The position numbers and the translations under genes are program-made. From Candidatus Methanosuratincola verstraetei (lineage in GTDB: Archaea > Thermoproteota > Methanomethylicia > Methanomethylicales > Methanomethylicaceae): a stretch of 64,000 nt of DNA. The notes under the pieces were generated by a model, which worked only from the letters and a program-made list of their open reading frames with translations, was not told the origin of the DNA and searched no databases. Location: positions 480,001-544,000 of the forward strand of contig CP186953.1 in NCBI GenBank assembly GCA_049570475.1. The letters are read 5' to 3'. Of the stretch, positions 29,145-38,538 are shown piece by piece (the stretch's first letter is position 1; each line of letters starts with the position of its first letter).

Positions 29145-30221
29145 TTAGAGGAGAAGGTTGCCGAAGATAAACGCGGAGATCGTCGAGACGACAACAGTGG
29201 TGAGGATGTAGACGATGGCCTTCCTGAAAGTAAAGACGCGTATAATCGCCAGCATGCTCGGCAGGCTCATGCCTGGGCCTGTGAGGAGCAGAGCCAGAGC
29301 TGGAGCTTTGCCCATCCCGAGCCCCATCATCATCTTGACGAACGGGGACTCGGTCATGCTGGAGAAGTACATTAGTGCGCCTATTAAGTTCGCAAGGAAG
29401 GTCTGCGGCAGCCCGTTGCCGCCCAAGACTTGTTGGACAAACTCAGGAGGGATGATGGCACCGACCACGCCGACAATAAAGACGCCTACGAGCAAGAGCG
29501 GCAGGATCTTCTTGACAAACCACCAGGTCTCCTGGAACCACTGGAGGATCTCGTCCTTGCTGAATCGCAGGTAGGCGAATGCCATGGATGCTACGAAGAG
29601 CGGGAGGAATATCAGGAGCTTCTCTACGAATGTGCGCCCTGCGCCAAGGTAATTAGGGAGGAGGAGCGTGGCGACTAGCATCAGTATCAGTATAAGAGAG
29701 TTCTTGGAGTGCAAGACCTCGGCCTTGGTCGCAGCCACATTGGGCTTACTCCTCTCCTTTTCCGACCTTTCCTGCTCGTCTCTCCTGAATACGGTCACCA
29801 TCACCAGGCCTATTATGAAGGAGGTGGAGATCGCAGCTAGGATCCTAACGAGCGTGATTTCCACGCCGAGGATCGCCCCGCTGTAGGTAATCGTTAGTAT
29901 GTTCAGCGCTGGGGCGGTCCAAAGGAAAATGAATGCAGGGCCGATGCTGCTCCCCCGCCTGTACAGGCCTGAGGCGATAGGTATGACGGTGCATGAGCAG
30001 ACAGCGAGGCCAATGCTGGAGACTGTTGCCAATGGGAAGGAAGTCAACCGCCTAGCCGAGTACCCGAGGTACCTGATCACGACATCCTTGGATATGAAAT
30101 AATTCATTGCGCCAGCGATAAAGAACGCAGGGACGAGGCAGGTCACGGTATGCTGAGCCACATAGTCAATCAACGACTGCAATCCGGCCATTAACAGTAA
30201 AGTGATCTGATCAAGGGGCAT
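29145..30221 (-). CDS. ArsP/DUF318 family permease
   Basis: CLVPAFFIAGA, LAVCSCTVIP, GPGMSLP; many TM helices. Confidence 0.88.
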   Translation of the reverse strand: MPLDQITLLLMAGLQSLIDYVAQHTVTCLVPAFFIAGAMNYFISKDVVIRYLGYSARRLTSFPLATVSSIGLAVCSCTVIPIASGLYRRGSSIGPAFIFLWTAPALNILTITYSGAILGVEITLVRILAAISTSFIIGLVMVTVFRRDEQERSEKERSKPNVAATKAEVLHSKNSLILILMLVATLLLPNYLGAGRTFVEKLLIFLPLFVASMAFAYLRFSKDEILQWFQETWWFVKKILPLLLVGVFIVGVVGAIIPPEFVQQVLGGNGLPQTFLANLIGALMYFSSMTESPFVKMMMGLGMGKAPALALLLTGPGMSLPSMLAIIRVFTFRKAIVYILTTVVVSTISAFIFGNLLL

Positions 30222-30352
30222 AAGATTGCGCCGCCCAAAGAATGCGTAAGCGGATATATAAATATTATCAAATTCGAAATTATCGATATTTCCCAAGAAA
30301 ATGTTCGTGGGGGCGTTGCGCTGGAGGAGATATTAGTGAGATGTTTCTAAAT

Positions 30353-31309
30353 ATGCCTGTGGAGACGCCAATTGAGACTGCAGGGCTGAAGAAGAGAGTG
30401 GGGCTTATCCTGAAGCTCGCGAGGCCCCATTTCCTGGTCCCCGGCGCCTTACTGTACGCGATGGGGGCGATCATAGCGCAGCTGAGGGGTTGGTCATGCC
30501 CGCTCGATAGGGCGGTCTTCGGATATGCGGTATTCTTCTTGGCGCACCTCTCGGTCTCCTTCAGCAACGACTACCACGACAGGAACAGCGATCGGATTGC
30601 AGGGCGGACCTTCTTTTCGGGGGGGAGCGGGGTGCTGTTGGAGCACAGGGAGCTGGAAAGGGCCGCGCTCAGAATAGCCCAAGCATTGCTTTTACTCTCA
30701 TTTGTGGCAGCATTGGCATTCACAATAAAATACGGGTTTAGCGCTGCTTTCCTCATTTTTGCCACAGCAGGCGGATTGTTGGGTTGGTTCTATTCAGCGC
30801 CGCCTCTAAAGCTCTCGTACCGCGGTCTGGGCGAGGCTGTGACCGCATTGGCTGCAGGATTGATAATGCCTGGAATGGGGTACTTCGTAGTCTCGGGGCA
30901 GCTGGATTCTTGGTTTGTCATGCTCTCGGTTCCGCTGGCCTGCTACGGCCTCTACTTCATACTGACGGTAGAGATACCGGACTTCGAGGCGGACAGGGCA
31001 GCAAAGAAAATGAATATTGTGACGAGGATAGGGGTGAAGAAAGCCTCAATCATTTCTCTGGCATCGGCGATCTTTGGGACGGGCTTGCTGGCGGGGCTCC
31101 ACTTTCTGGGCTTTTCAGGAGGCGCCTTTGACCTCGCAAAGCTGGCGGTCCTTTCCTTTTTGCCTTTTGCCGCGGCTACCGCTAGCTTGGTGGCATTGAC
31201 AAGTAAAGGCCTGAATGCAGTGAGGCATACAGCCATAAACATGTTTGGGCTGGTAGGGTTCTTGTCCGCAAGCGTGCTAGTGCTATTCCTTGAGCTTATT
31301 TTTAGATGA
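30353..31309 (+). CDS. UbiA-family prenyltransferase, MenA-like
   Basis: LARP, NDYHD, GGSGVL, YSAPPLKLSYRGLGE, EIPDFEAD. Confidence 0.85.
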   Translation: MPVETPIETAGLKKRVGLILKLARPHFLVPGALLYAMGAIIAQLRGWSCPLDRAVFGYAVFFLAHLSVSFSNDYHDRNSDRIAGRTFFSGGSGVLLEHRELERAALRIAQALLLLSFVAALAFTIKYGFSAAFLIFATAGGLLGWFYSAPPLKLSYRGLGEAVTALAAGLIMPGMGYFVVSGQLDSWFVMLSVPLACYGLYFILTVEIPDFEADRAAKKMNIVTRIGVKKASIISLASAIFGTGLLAGLHFLGFSGGAFDLAKLAVLSFLPFAAATASLVALTSKGLNAVRHTAINMFGLVGFLSASVLVLFLELIFR

Positions 31310-31387
31310 CCCTCATCAGGGCTGCCTCTCAAGGGATCGGCGGTTAAGTTTATATCTACATATTCTGCTATTTGAATTGTGACCTAT

Positions 31388-31645
31388 ATGGCTAAGATAT
31401 TGATATTTGGCGGGGACCCGCCATGCGCAAGGTGCAAGGCAACCGAGAAGGTGCTCAGAGAGGCTGCTGCTGAGCTGAAGCTGGATGCTGAGATACTTCA
31501 CGTATCTGCCCTCTCTCCTGAGGCGGATAAGTACGACATCCTCTCGACGCCGGCAGTTGTGATAAATGAAAAGGTTGTTGTAGCCGGGAAAGTCCCGGAC
31601 AAGAAGACCGCGGTCGAGATGCTGAAAAAGGAATTCAAGATCTGA
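31388..31645 (+). CDS. Small thioredoxin family protein (MTH895-like)
   Basis: CARC, TPAVVIN, GKVP. Confidence 0.9.
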   Translation: MAKILIFGGDPPCARCKATEKVLREAAAELKLDAEILHVSALSPEADKYDILSTPAVVINEKVVVAGKVPDKKTAVEMLKKEFKI

Positions 31646-31731
31646 CCTTTTTTTAACTGGATTTTTCCATATGCCCATCTGAAGGGCGATCTTGTGGCGA
31701 TGATCTTAGATAGCCATTGCGGTAGATGTAG

Positions 31732-32520
31732 ATGAAGTCGGCAATAGAATGTTTCGGCGAATTGGTCAGTCTCCTGGGGCCAAGGAAGCCCGCCTTATTC
31801 CTGGATTATGACGGGACGCTTACGCCGATTGTGCAGGACCCGGCGGGCGCATTCCTCCCCGAAAGGACAAAAAGGCTTCTGGTCGAGGCGAAAAGCAAGT
31901 TCCCAATCGGCATAATAAGCGGGAGGGGTCTCGACGATCTGATAGGGCGTGTCGGGATCGCAGGCATAGCATACGCAGGAAGCCACGGGCTCGAGATTGC
32001 ATTCATCAACGGGTACCGGAAGCAGATGGTTGACGGGCTTCAAAAATGTCTGTGCGAATTGGGGGATGCAGAGATTGAATTGCGTCGATTGTCCCAGAGG
32101 TTCAAGGGAGCGCTTGTGGAGAGGAAGCGCTTCGGAGTGGCATTACACTACAGGGCTGTGGCTGCAGATCAAACATGGCATCTTCTCAAATTGTTCGAAG
32201 AGATCGCTTCTAGGCACCCTTGCCTCAAATGGGCAAAGGGTAAAAGGGTGGCCGAATTATTGGGTGCAGGCGCCAATAAAGGGGCTGCGATATCCGAGAT
32301 CATGATCCACGAAGGGATCACAGAGGAGACTCACCTCCCAATATTCATAGGCGACGACCTGACTGATGAGGACGGGTTCAAGGCCCTGAAGGGGAGGGGG
32401 GTCGGTGTGATAGTTTGGGACGATCCCAGGATGACGGAGGCGGAGTACTACCTCAGCGGCCAGGGAGAGGTCTTTGAATTCCTGGAGAAATTGGTGGATT
32501 CGGTTCAAGGCTATGATTAA
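31732..32520 (+). CDS. otsB: Trehalose-6-phosphate phosphatase
   Basis: FLDYDGTL, ISGR, GSHGLE, ALHYR, GDDLTDEDGF. Confidence 0.92.
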   Translation: MKSAIECFGELVSLLGPRKPALFLDYDGTLTPIVQDPAGAFLPERTKRLLVEAKSKFPIGIISGRGLDDLIGRVGIAGIAYAGSHGLEIAFINGYRKQMVDGLQKCLCELGDAEIELRRLSQRFKGALVERKRFGVALHYRAVAADQTWHLLKLFEEIASRHPCLKWAKGKRVAELLGAGANKGAAISEIMIHEGITEETHLPIFIGDDLTDEDGFKALKGRGVGVIVWDDPRMTEAEYYLSGQGEVFEFLEKLVDSVQGYD

Positions 32521-32536
32521 AAGGGAAAAAGGGGGC

Positions 32537-33769
32537 TTACCTGTGCATGAAGCCCTGGTACCCATTGCTGAAGCCTGAAGGCCTGGCGCTGAAGTCCCTG
32601 TTCTCCCTTCTGGGGCCCCGCGGATGGTACCTCTCGCGCCTTTCATTGGTCTTGCCAGCCGAGCTCATGAACGGCAGGCGCTCAAGTTCTCCGTACTCGA
32701 TCTCCTGGACGTTGAAGTCATAGAGGTTGACTATCCTCCTGAAGAATCCATAGTCATCGACTGTAAGGAGGGATATCGCCTTCCCACGCTCCCCTGCCCG
32801 AGCCGTCCTGCCTATCCTGTTCACATAGTCCTCCGAGTTCTTGGGTATGCTGTAGTTGAAAACGTGGGAGACGCTCTTGAAGTCCAGGCCCCTGGCAGCC
32901 ACATCGGTCGCGACCAGCACGTTGATCCTCCCCCTGTGGAAGGAGTCGATTACGCTCTCCCTTCTAGACTGGGACAGACCGCCGTGAATGGCGACTGCGG
33001 CAATCCCGACCTTGTTCAAGTTCTTTGCTAAGGACTCGACCTCCCGCCTCGAATTGCAGAACACTATCGCCGTCTTCGGCGCCTCATCCTTGAAAAGTCG
33101 GACCAACAAGGAGAACCGCATCTTCCTCTCAACGTTGCAGTAGTACTGCTCGAGCAGATCCTCCTTGACCTTAATCTCGGTCCTGATCTTTTTCGGATCC
33201 TTCGTGAATCTGGAGATCACCTCTTCGAGCCCTTCGGGCATCGTTGCGGCGAACAGGAGTGTCTGCTTCTCTTCAGGCAGGTGCTCGGCGATCTCCGCCA
33301 CATCGTCTATGAAACCCATATCAACCATCTTATCGGCCTCGTCGAGGACAAATGTGTGGATGTTTTCAGTCCGCAGGTGACCCTGACCCATAAGGTCAAG
33401 TACCCTACCTGGTGTCCCCACGATTATTTCGGATCGCCTCAGCCCTGAGATCTGCGGTCCCATCGCAGCGCCCCCGTAGACGCATACTACGCGCAATCCC
33501 TTGGCAGCGGAGTACTTGGCGAGGGACTCACTGATCTGTAAGGCGAGCTCCCTAGTCGGCAGCAGTATGAGCGCCTGACCTGGCTTCCCTTTGGTCACTT
33601 TTTCCACAAGCGGTATACCAAAGGCAGCCGTCTTGCCAGAACCGGTCTCGGACTGCCCGATTACGTCATGCCCGCACTTTATGAGGGGTATCGCCTCAGA
33701 CTGGATCCGAGTCGGCTCTTTCAGGCCCATTGCCCCTATTGACATCAATATCTCGTCTTGAATTCCCAT
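32537..33769 (-). CDS. DEAD-box RNA helicase (true start may be ~6 codons upstream)
   Basis: Q motif, TGSGKT, PTRELA, DEAD, ARGLD, RIGRTAR. Confidence 0.94.
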   Translation of the reverse strand: MGIQDEILMSIGAMGLKEPTRIQSEAIPLIKCGHDVIGQSETGSGKTAAFGIPLVEKVTKGKPGQALILLPTRELALQISESLAKYSAAKGLRVVCVYGGAAMGPQISGLRRSEIIVGTPGRVLDLMGQGHLRTENIHTFVLDEADKMVDMGFIDDVAEIAEHLPEEKQTLLFAATMPEGLEEVISRFTKDPKKIRTEIKVKEDLLEQYYCNVERKMRFSLLVRLFKDEAPKTAIVFCNSRREVESLAKNLNKVGIAAVAIHGGLSQSRRESVIDSFHRGRINVLVATDVAARGLDFKSVSHVFNYSIPKNSEDYVNRIGRTARAGERGKAISLLTVDDYGFFRRIVNLYDFNVQEIEYGELERLPFMSSAGKTNERRERYHPRGPRRENRDFSARPSGFSNGYQGFMHR

Positions 33770-33928
33770 TTCTTCGAATTTCGTAACACATCAACTCTTT
33801 TACTGTTCCGGAGCTACAAAGACGATAGAATTAGCATGAAGCTAACGCTATTTTTCAAGGCCTTCGTACTTCAGACCTGATTGAGTCATCAGCGAATAAT
33901 ATAAACCTTTTTACCTGAAACAGAAAGA

Positions 33929-34246
33929 TCAAGAGTCCTGCTCCAAGAGGTAGCGCCTCACAGCGCCGCAGTTGAGGCATGTCACCGAGACGTGGGGCGA
34001 CCTGCTTGCATGAACCCTCACCCTGGAGGTTATGCCAGGGTAGAGGTAGGCGTTGCACTTCCTGCATACGCTCCGCTTCAGATCTCGAGGTATCCGGACC
34101 CTGGTGCGCATTGATATCTTGAGGGCAAGCTCAACATACCTGTTAGCCAAGCCAGCGTCGGATTTGACAGCCTGGTTTGCTAGTGAGAAGAGGCGCTCTA
34201 TCCTCTGCCTTGCGAGATCTCGGACGTGCCCCCTGTTGAGTTTCAG
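33929..34246 (-). CDS. rnp4: RNase P protein Rpp21 (start CTG 34246 or ATG 34288)
   Basis: ARQRIERLF, RYVELA, CRKC...CLNCG. Confidence 0.9.
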   Translation of the reverse strand: MKLNRGHVRDLARQRIERLFSLANQAVKSDAGLANRYVELALKISMRTRVRIPRDLKRSVCRKCNAYLYPGITSRVRVHASRSPHVSVTCLNCGAVRRYLLEQDS

Positions 34247-34339
34247 CGAGAAAGCCCCCCAGCCGGTAAAAGAAAAATGCTTGCACATCTTTATTAGTAT
34301 GATGATTCGACTCTCTCAACGGGCTTGGAGGATCCAACT

Positions 34340-35011
34340 TTGATCACAGTGATTATTGGTGAGGCTGCGCTGGAGACTGTGCCTAGGGAGATAGCCAACC
34401 ACCCATCAGTCACAAGGCTCGCTGAGAGGAAGGGGAAGAAACCAGAGGAGACTCTGCTGGACATCTCGTTCCACTATGCGGCGATGAAGGGGCTCAGGGA
34501 CTGGGAGAGGAGAGGGAGGCCAGACATAACATTCTTGACGCTCCTTGACCTGCTGGAAAGACCTCTCAACAAGGAAGGCCAGCTCCAGGTCTATGTCCAC
34601 ACAATAAACAATTTCGTGATCTGGGTAGATCCAGAGATAAACATGCCCAGGAACTACACAAGGTTTGTTGGCTTAATGGAACAGCTCTTTTCGATAGGGA
34701 GAGTCCCACCCAAGGGAAAGCCTCTCATGGTGCTGAAGAAGGGGAATATCAGGGACGTGATTAATGGGGTAGAACACAGCAAAGTGGTGTTCCTCACGGA
34801 AAGAGGAAGAAAAGTCAAGCTCGAGACGTACTTCTCTGAACTTGTGAGGCAAGAAAAACCAATCCTAGTGATAGGGGGATTCCAGAGGGGGGAGTTCACG
34901 GATCTCTCTCTTGCGGACGAGCAGATCTCGGTATACAAGAAGCCTTTGGATGCATGGATAGTGGGGTCAATGGTATCGCATGAGTTGGAGAGGGCCCTAG
35001 GGATCATCTGA
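34340..35011 (+). CDS. nep1: 16S rRNA pseudouridine N1-methyltransferase Nep1
   Basis: RGRPDI, PRNYTRFVGLMEQL, IGGFQRG. Confidence 0.95.
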   Translation: MITVIIGEAALETVPREIANHPSVTRLAERKGKKPEETLLDISFHYAAMKGLRDWERRGRPDITFLTLLDLLERPLNKEGQLQVYVHTINNFVIWVDPEINMPRNYTRFVGLMEQLFSIGRVPPKGKPLMVLKKGNIRDVINGVEHSKVVFLTERGRKVKLETYFSELVRQEKPILVIGGFQRGEFTDLSLADEQISVYKKPLDAWIVGSMVSHELERALGII

Positions 35012-35018
35012 GGCCCGC

Positions 35019-35150
35019 TCACAGGCCGGGGAAGAGCCATTTTATGAAGAGCAGCAAGGCGACTATGAATATCAAAGAGGCTCCAAAGATGGCCAGCGCC
35101 ATTATTAGGCACTTCAATGCCAGCTTGAGATCCCCTTCAGCCGCCTGCAT
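35019..35150 (-). CDS. Putative 43-aa single-pass membrane protein
   Basis: MQAAEGDLKLALKCLIMALAIFGASLIFIVALLLFIKWLFPGL fills the gap between tRNA-Gly and nep1. Confidence 0.45.
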   Translation of the reverse strand: MQAAEGDLKLALKCLIMALAIFGASLIFIVALLLFIKWLFPGL

Positions 35151-35336
35151 ATTAAAGGAGCCACCCCTACCCTTTGGGAATTTCTGTCATCGCGCCCCTC
35201 CTCGGCGCTTGCAATCCTGGTTTAGAACATCATCACTCAAAACTCAGCTTACCAGGACATGTTAAAATCCTCATCGAATTATTTAAACATGATTTTGTGG
35301 TACAAGCAGATCGGATGCAAAGCATTTACTGATAAG

Positions 35337-35412
35337 TGCGGCCGCCGGGATTTGAACCCGGGATCCGAAGCTTGGGAAGCTTCTATCCTAGACCGGACTA
35401 GACCACGGCCGC
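35337..35412 (-). tRNA. tRNA-Gly(CCC), intronless, CCA not encoded
   Basis: GCGGCCG/CGGCCGC acceptor stem, GAAGC-TTCCCAA-GCTTC anticodon arm, GTTCAAATC T loop. Confidence 0.95.
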
Positions 35413-35498
35413 TCTGCTCTCACCTTTTAACTTGACCTAATTTAAAAAATCTTCGTTCGATCCTGGAACAAAAAATGAAAAGGGGGAGGGATTCCGCC

Positions 35499-37706
35499 TC
35501 ACATCGACATGAATTCCTGCGGTGTTGGCGGGTTCGGCGAGAGGCCCTTCCTCTCCCGGATCTTCTTGATAGTGTCAGCAAGCATGCTCGACGGGACTGG
35601 CGACCACCTGGCGAATTCTGTGCCCCAGAATGCCTTGCCTGCGGTCGCGCTCCTGAGCTGATCGGAGAGGTCGAATGTCTCTGAGACGGGGATCTCCGAA
35701 ACCAGGTGCATCACCTGACCTACCTGATCCATGCTGATGATCTTGCCGCGCTTCCCGGCGATTATCCTGGTGACCCCTCCCAAGAAGTCCTGGGGAACCT
35801 TCATGTCGAGCTTGATGATTGGCTCGAGGAGTATTGGGTTGCACGAGAGGAAGCCGCAGAACATTGCGTCCCGAATCGCGGGCATTATCTGACCAGGTCC
35901 CCTGTGTGCCGGGTCCTCGTGGACATTTGCGTCGACGAGCAGCACCTTGAGGCCTCTGATCGGCTCCCTCGCAAGCGGACCTTCCGAGACGTTGAGTCGG
36001 AAAGCCTGGATTATAGTGTCCTTGATCTCGCGTATGTACTGCAGACCCTTGGTGGCATCGACCAAGACGTTGACGTAGCTGTCGATTGCCCATATGCCCT
36101 TCGCCTCTTCGTTGTCCCAGCCTGCCTTCTCCCGCAGGATCCTGACCCGCTCCTTCGAGTCCATGTCCTCGTATATGACGCCCTGCTGTATCAGATCGAT
36201 CGTCTCCTGGTTGAGCGGCTCAACCTTCAGGTAGAGGCGGTTGTGCTTGTTCGGGGACTTGCCCTCGAACGGGCCTCCTGCCCCGGTGAGGCTCTCTCTG
36301 TACACGACGATCGGCGGGGTGGTGGTAATCTCGATTCCGCCTGTCCTCTGCTTCAGATCCCACAGCGCGATCTCGAGGTGGAGGCTGCCCATGCCAGCGA
36401 TGAGGTACTCGCCGGTCTCCTGGTTGATCTTGACTGACAGAGTTGGGTCCTCGATCGCCATCTTGTGGAGCGCGTCGATCAGCTTCGGGAGGTCCCTGCT
36501 GTACTTCGGCTCGATCGCCACTGTGACGACCGGGTCGCTTATGTACTTCATCTTCTCGAACGGGAACATTGCGTCCTTGTCAGCGGGCCTCACGAGGGTC
36601 TCGCCCGCACGCGCATTGTCAAGACCTAGGAGCGCCACAATGTTGCCTGAGGCCATCTCTGGGCAGATCTCGCGGTATGGGCCCATGTAGAGGCTGACCT
36701 GCTGTACCCTGCCTTCGCTCTTGGACATAAGTCCGTAGAGCTGCTCACCCTCGTGTATCGTTCCTGAGAATATCCTCCCGGTGACGACCGGCCCTGCATG
36801 AGGATCAACGATGACCTTGTTAACGCAGATCACAAGAGGGCCGTTCTCGTCGCAGTTGAGCATTGCCTTCCCGATGGGCGAGTTTATGTCTCCCCTCCAG
36901 ATCTTGGGGATCCTGTACTTCTGCGCCTCGACTGGGTTGGGGATGTGATCGACAGCCATGTCCAAGATTGCAATGTGAAGCGGGAACTCCTTCTGCAGGC
37001 GCTCTATGTCGCCTTTATTGTAGGCATCGATTACGTCTGAGAACTTCATACCTTTTGCCTTTATTATCGGGAGCGTGAAACCCCACTTGTGCAGGGCCGA
37101 TCCGAATGCCACCTGACCCTTGTCGGGGTTCACCTTCCACTTGTCCTTGAACTCCGGATCCGCGTATGTCTCGAGAAGGGCGTTGAAGTCGCGTATGATC
37201 TTGAGTAGCCGCTCCAATATCTCCTGGGGGCTCAGCCTGAGCTCTTTTATCAGCCGATCCACCTTGTTCACGTAGAGCAGCGGCCTGACCTTCTCGTCCA
37301 TTGCCTGCCTCAGGACGGTTTCAGTCTGGGTCATCACGCCCTCGACGCTGTCGACGACGACTATTCCACCGTCCATCACCCTGAGGGATCGGGTTACATG
37401 CCCCGTGAAGTCAACGTGCCCCGGGGTGTCAATCAAGTTGATGACGTAGCTCTGGTCATTCTTCTCGTGCAGAAGGCTGACGTTCGCAGCCTTGACGGTC
37501 ATCTGCCTCAGCTGCTCGATCTCCACGTAATCGAGCGCAAGTGCCTGCGCAGCGATCTTTTGGGAAATGAGGCCCGCGCCTGCCAGCAGGCTGTCCGAGA
37601 GGGTCGTCTTCCCATGGTCCACGTGCGCAAGGGTACCGATGTTCCTGACATTGAGCTTGTTGCTCATGAGTTTTATGATTTCTTCAGTCTGTTTATACTT
37701 CGGCAA
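35499..37706 (-). CDS. fusA: Translation elongation factor EF-2
   Basis: AHVDHGKTT, DTPGH, NKVD; diphthamide loop HEDPAHRG intact; TTG start (MPKYK). Confidence 0.97.
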   Translation of the reverse strand: MPKYKQTEEIIKLMSNKLNVRNIGTLAHVDHGKTTLSDSLLAGAGLISQKIAAQALALDYVEIEQLRQMTVKAANVSLLHEKNDQSYVINLIDTPGHVDFTGHVTRSLRVMDGGIVVVDSVEGVMTQTETVLRQAMDEKVRPLLYVNKVDRLIKELRLSPQEILERLLKIIRDFNALLETYADPEFKDKWKVNPDKGQVAFGSALHKWGFTLPIIKAKGMKFSDVIDAYNKGDIERLQKEFPLHIAILDMAVDHIPNPVEAQKYRIPKIWRGDINSPIGKAMLNCDENGPLVICVNKVIVDPHAGPVVTGRIFSGTIHEGEQLYGLMSKSEGRVQQVSLYMGPYREICPEMASGNIVALLGLDNARAGETLVRPADKDAMFPFEKMKYISDPVVTVAIEPKYSRDLPKLIDALHKMAIEDPTLSVKINQETGEYLIAGMGSLHLEIALWDLKQRTGGIEITTTPPIVVYRESLTGAGGPFEGKSPNKHNRLYLKVEPLNQETIDLIQQGVIYEDMDSKERVRILREKAGWDNEEAKGIWAIDSYVNVLVDATKGLQYIREIKDTIIQAFRLNVSEGPLAREPIRGLKVLLVDANVHEDPAHRGPGQIMPAIRDAMFCGFLSCNPILLEPIIKLDMKVPQDFLGGVTRIIAGKRGKIISMDQVGQVMHLVSEIPVSETFDLSDQLRSATAGKAFWGTEFARWSPVPSSMLADTIKKIRERKGLSPNPPTPQEFMSM

Positions 37707-37832
37707 TTTACACGCCTCGCTACAAAAGGCGAAACGCAAGCTGGTTTTTAAAAGTTTCTTAATTGAGCCCCGGATCAGGAGAAAAAGGCTTACGAACAGG
37801 CATCCGCAAGCCTTGCAGGCAAAATAGGCGCG

Positions 37833-38444
37833 TCACTCGATCGTGGCGTGCCGCTTCTTGAGATCGGTCTCAGTGGAACCCAGCCGCTGCATGAGTTCGG
37901 CTACAAGGCTGTCCAAGAATATGTTCAGGGTCGCTTCAAATAGCGTGCCCAGGGGCGCGAGGGGCTCGTGCGAACCGAGTATCTGCCGGATCACATAGTC
38001 GTCCTCCTTTGCCAGCTTTGTCCTGCCAGGGATTATTATGTACTGATCGGAGAGCTTTGCCAATGTAGAGTCCCTGTGGGAGGTTATCGCGAGTATCTTC
38101 GCCCCGATCTCCTTTCCAGCCGTCGCGGAGGTCACAACCATCCTAGTTGTGCCTGACCCTGAGATCGATATTATCAGATCCCCTTGTCCAAGGGCGGGCG
38201 TTATGGTCTCTCCGAAGACATAGACATTAAAGCCCAAGTGCATCAGCCGCATAGCAAATGCCTTCCCAGCAAGGCCCGACCTGCCCGCACCTATCACCAT
38301 TATCTTCTTGCCGTCCCTTTTGGCATCAATGAGCAATGAAATTGCATTCTCCACCTCAACGTCATCAATGACCTTCGAGGCATAAAGGACGTAGTTTGCC
38401 ATCTCCCGCATGAAGCACTTGACCAGACATTCTTTTGATGACAT
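37833..38444 (-). CDS. hxlB: 6-phospho-3-hexuloisomerase (SIS domain)
   Basis: GAGRSG, FAMRLMHLG, ISGSG, APLGTLFE, C-terminal RHATIE. Confidence 0.92.
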   Translation of the reverse strand: MSSKECLVKCFMREMANYVLYASKVIDDVEVENAISLLIDAKRDGKKIMVIGAGRSGLAGKAFAMRLMHLGFNVYVFGETITPALGQGDLIISISGSGTTRMVVTSATAGKEIGAKILAITSHRDSTLAKLSDQYIIIPGRTKLAKEDDYVIRQILGSHEPLAPLGTLFEATLNIFLDSLVAELMQRLGSTETDLKKRHATIE

Positions 38445-38538
38445 ACATCTCAGAGAAGGAGTAGAATTTTTCGGCAATTTAACTCTGTCGGCAGACAAAC
38501 CCGACCGCCAGAAAGGCAGACATCAAATGCTTTCCGAA

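Noticed and set aside
30270-30292. Imperfect palindrome near the permease promoter as an ArsR-type operator
   Set aside because: Symmetry is weak, the match upstream of the thioredoxin is poor, and no ArsR gene is in the window.
33871-33891. TGATGA...CTGA on the minus strand, like half a C/D RNA
   Set aside because: The C box falls between the TATA and the likely TSS, and no C'/D pair follows.
35150-35240. GTGATGA C-box-like motif downstream of tRNA-Gly
   Set aside because: No D', C' or D boxes at canonical spacing and no recognisable guide.
35527-35538. Short match to the tRNA-Arg 3' end (possible attachment-site duplicate)
   Set aside because: Only ~12 bp, lies inside EF-2 coding sequence, and there is no integrase.
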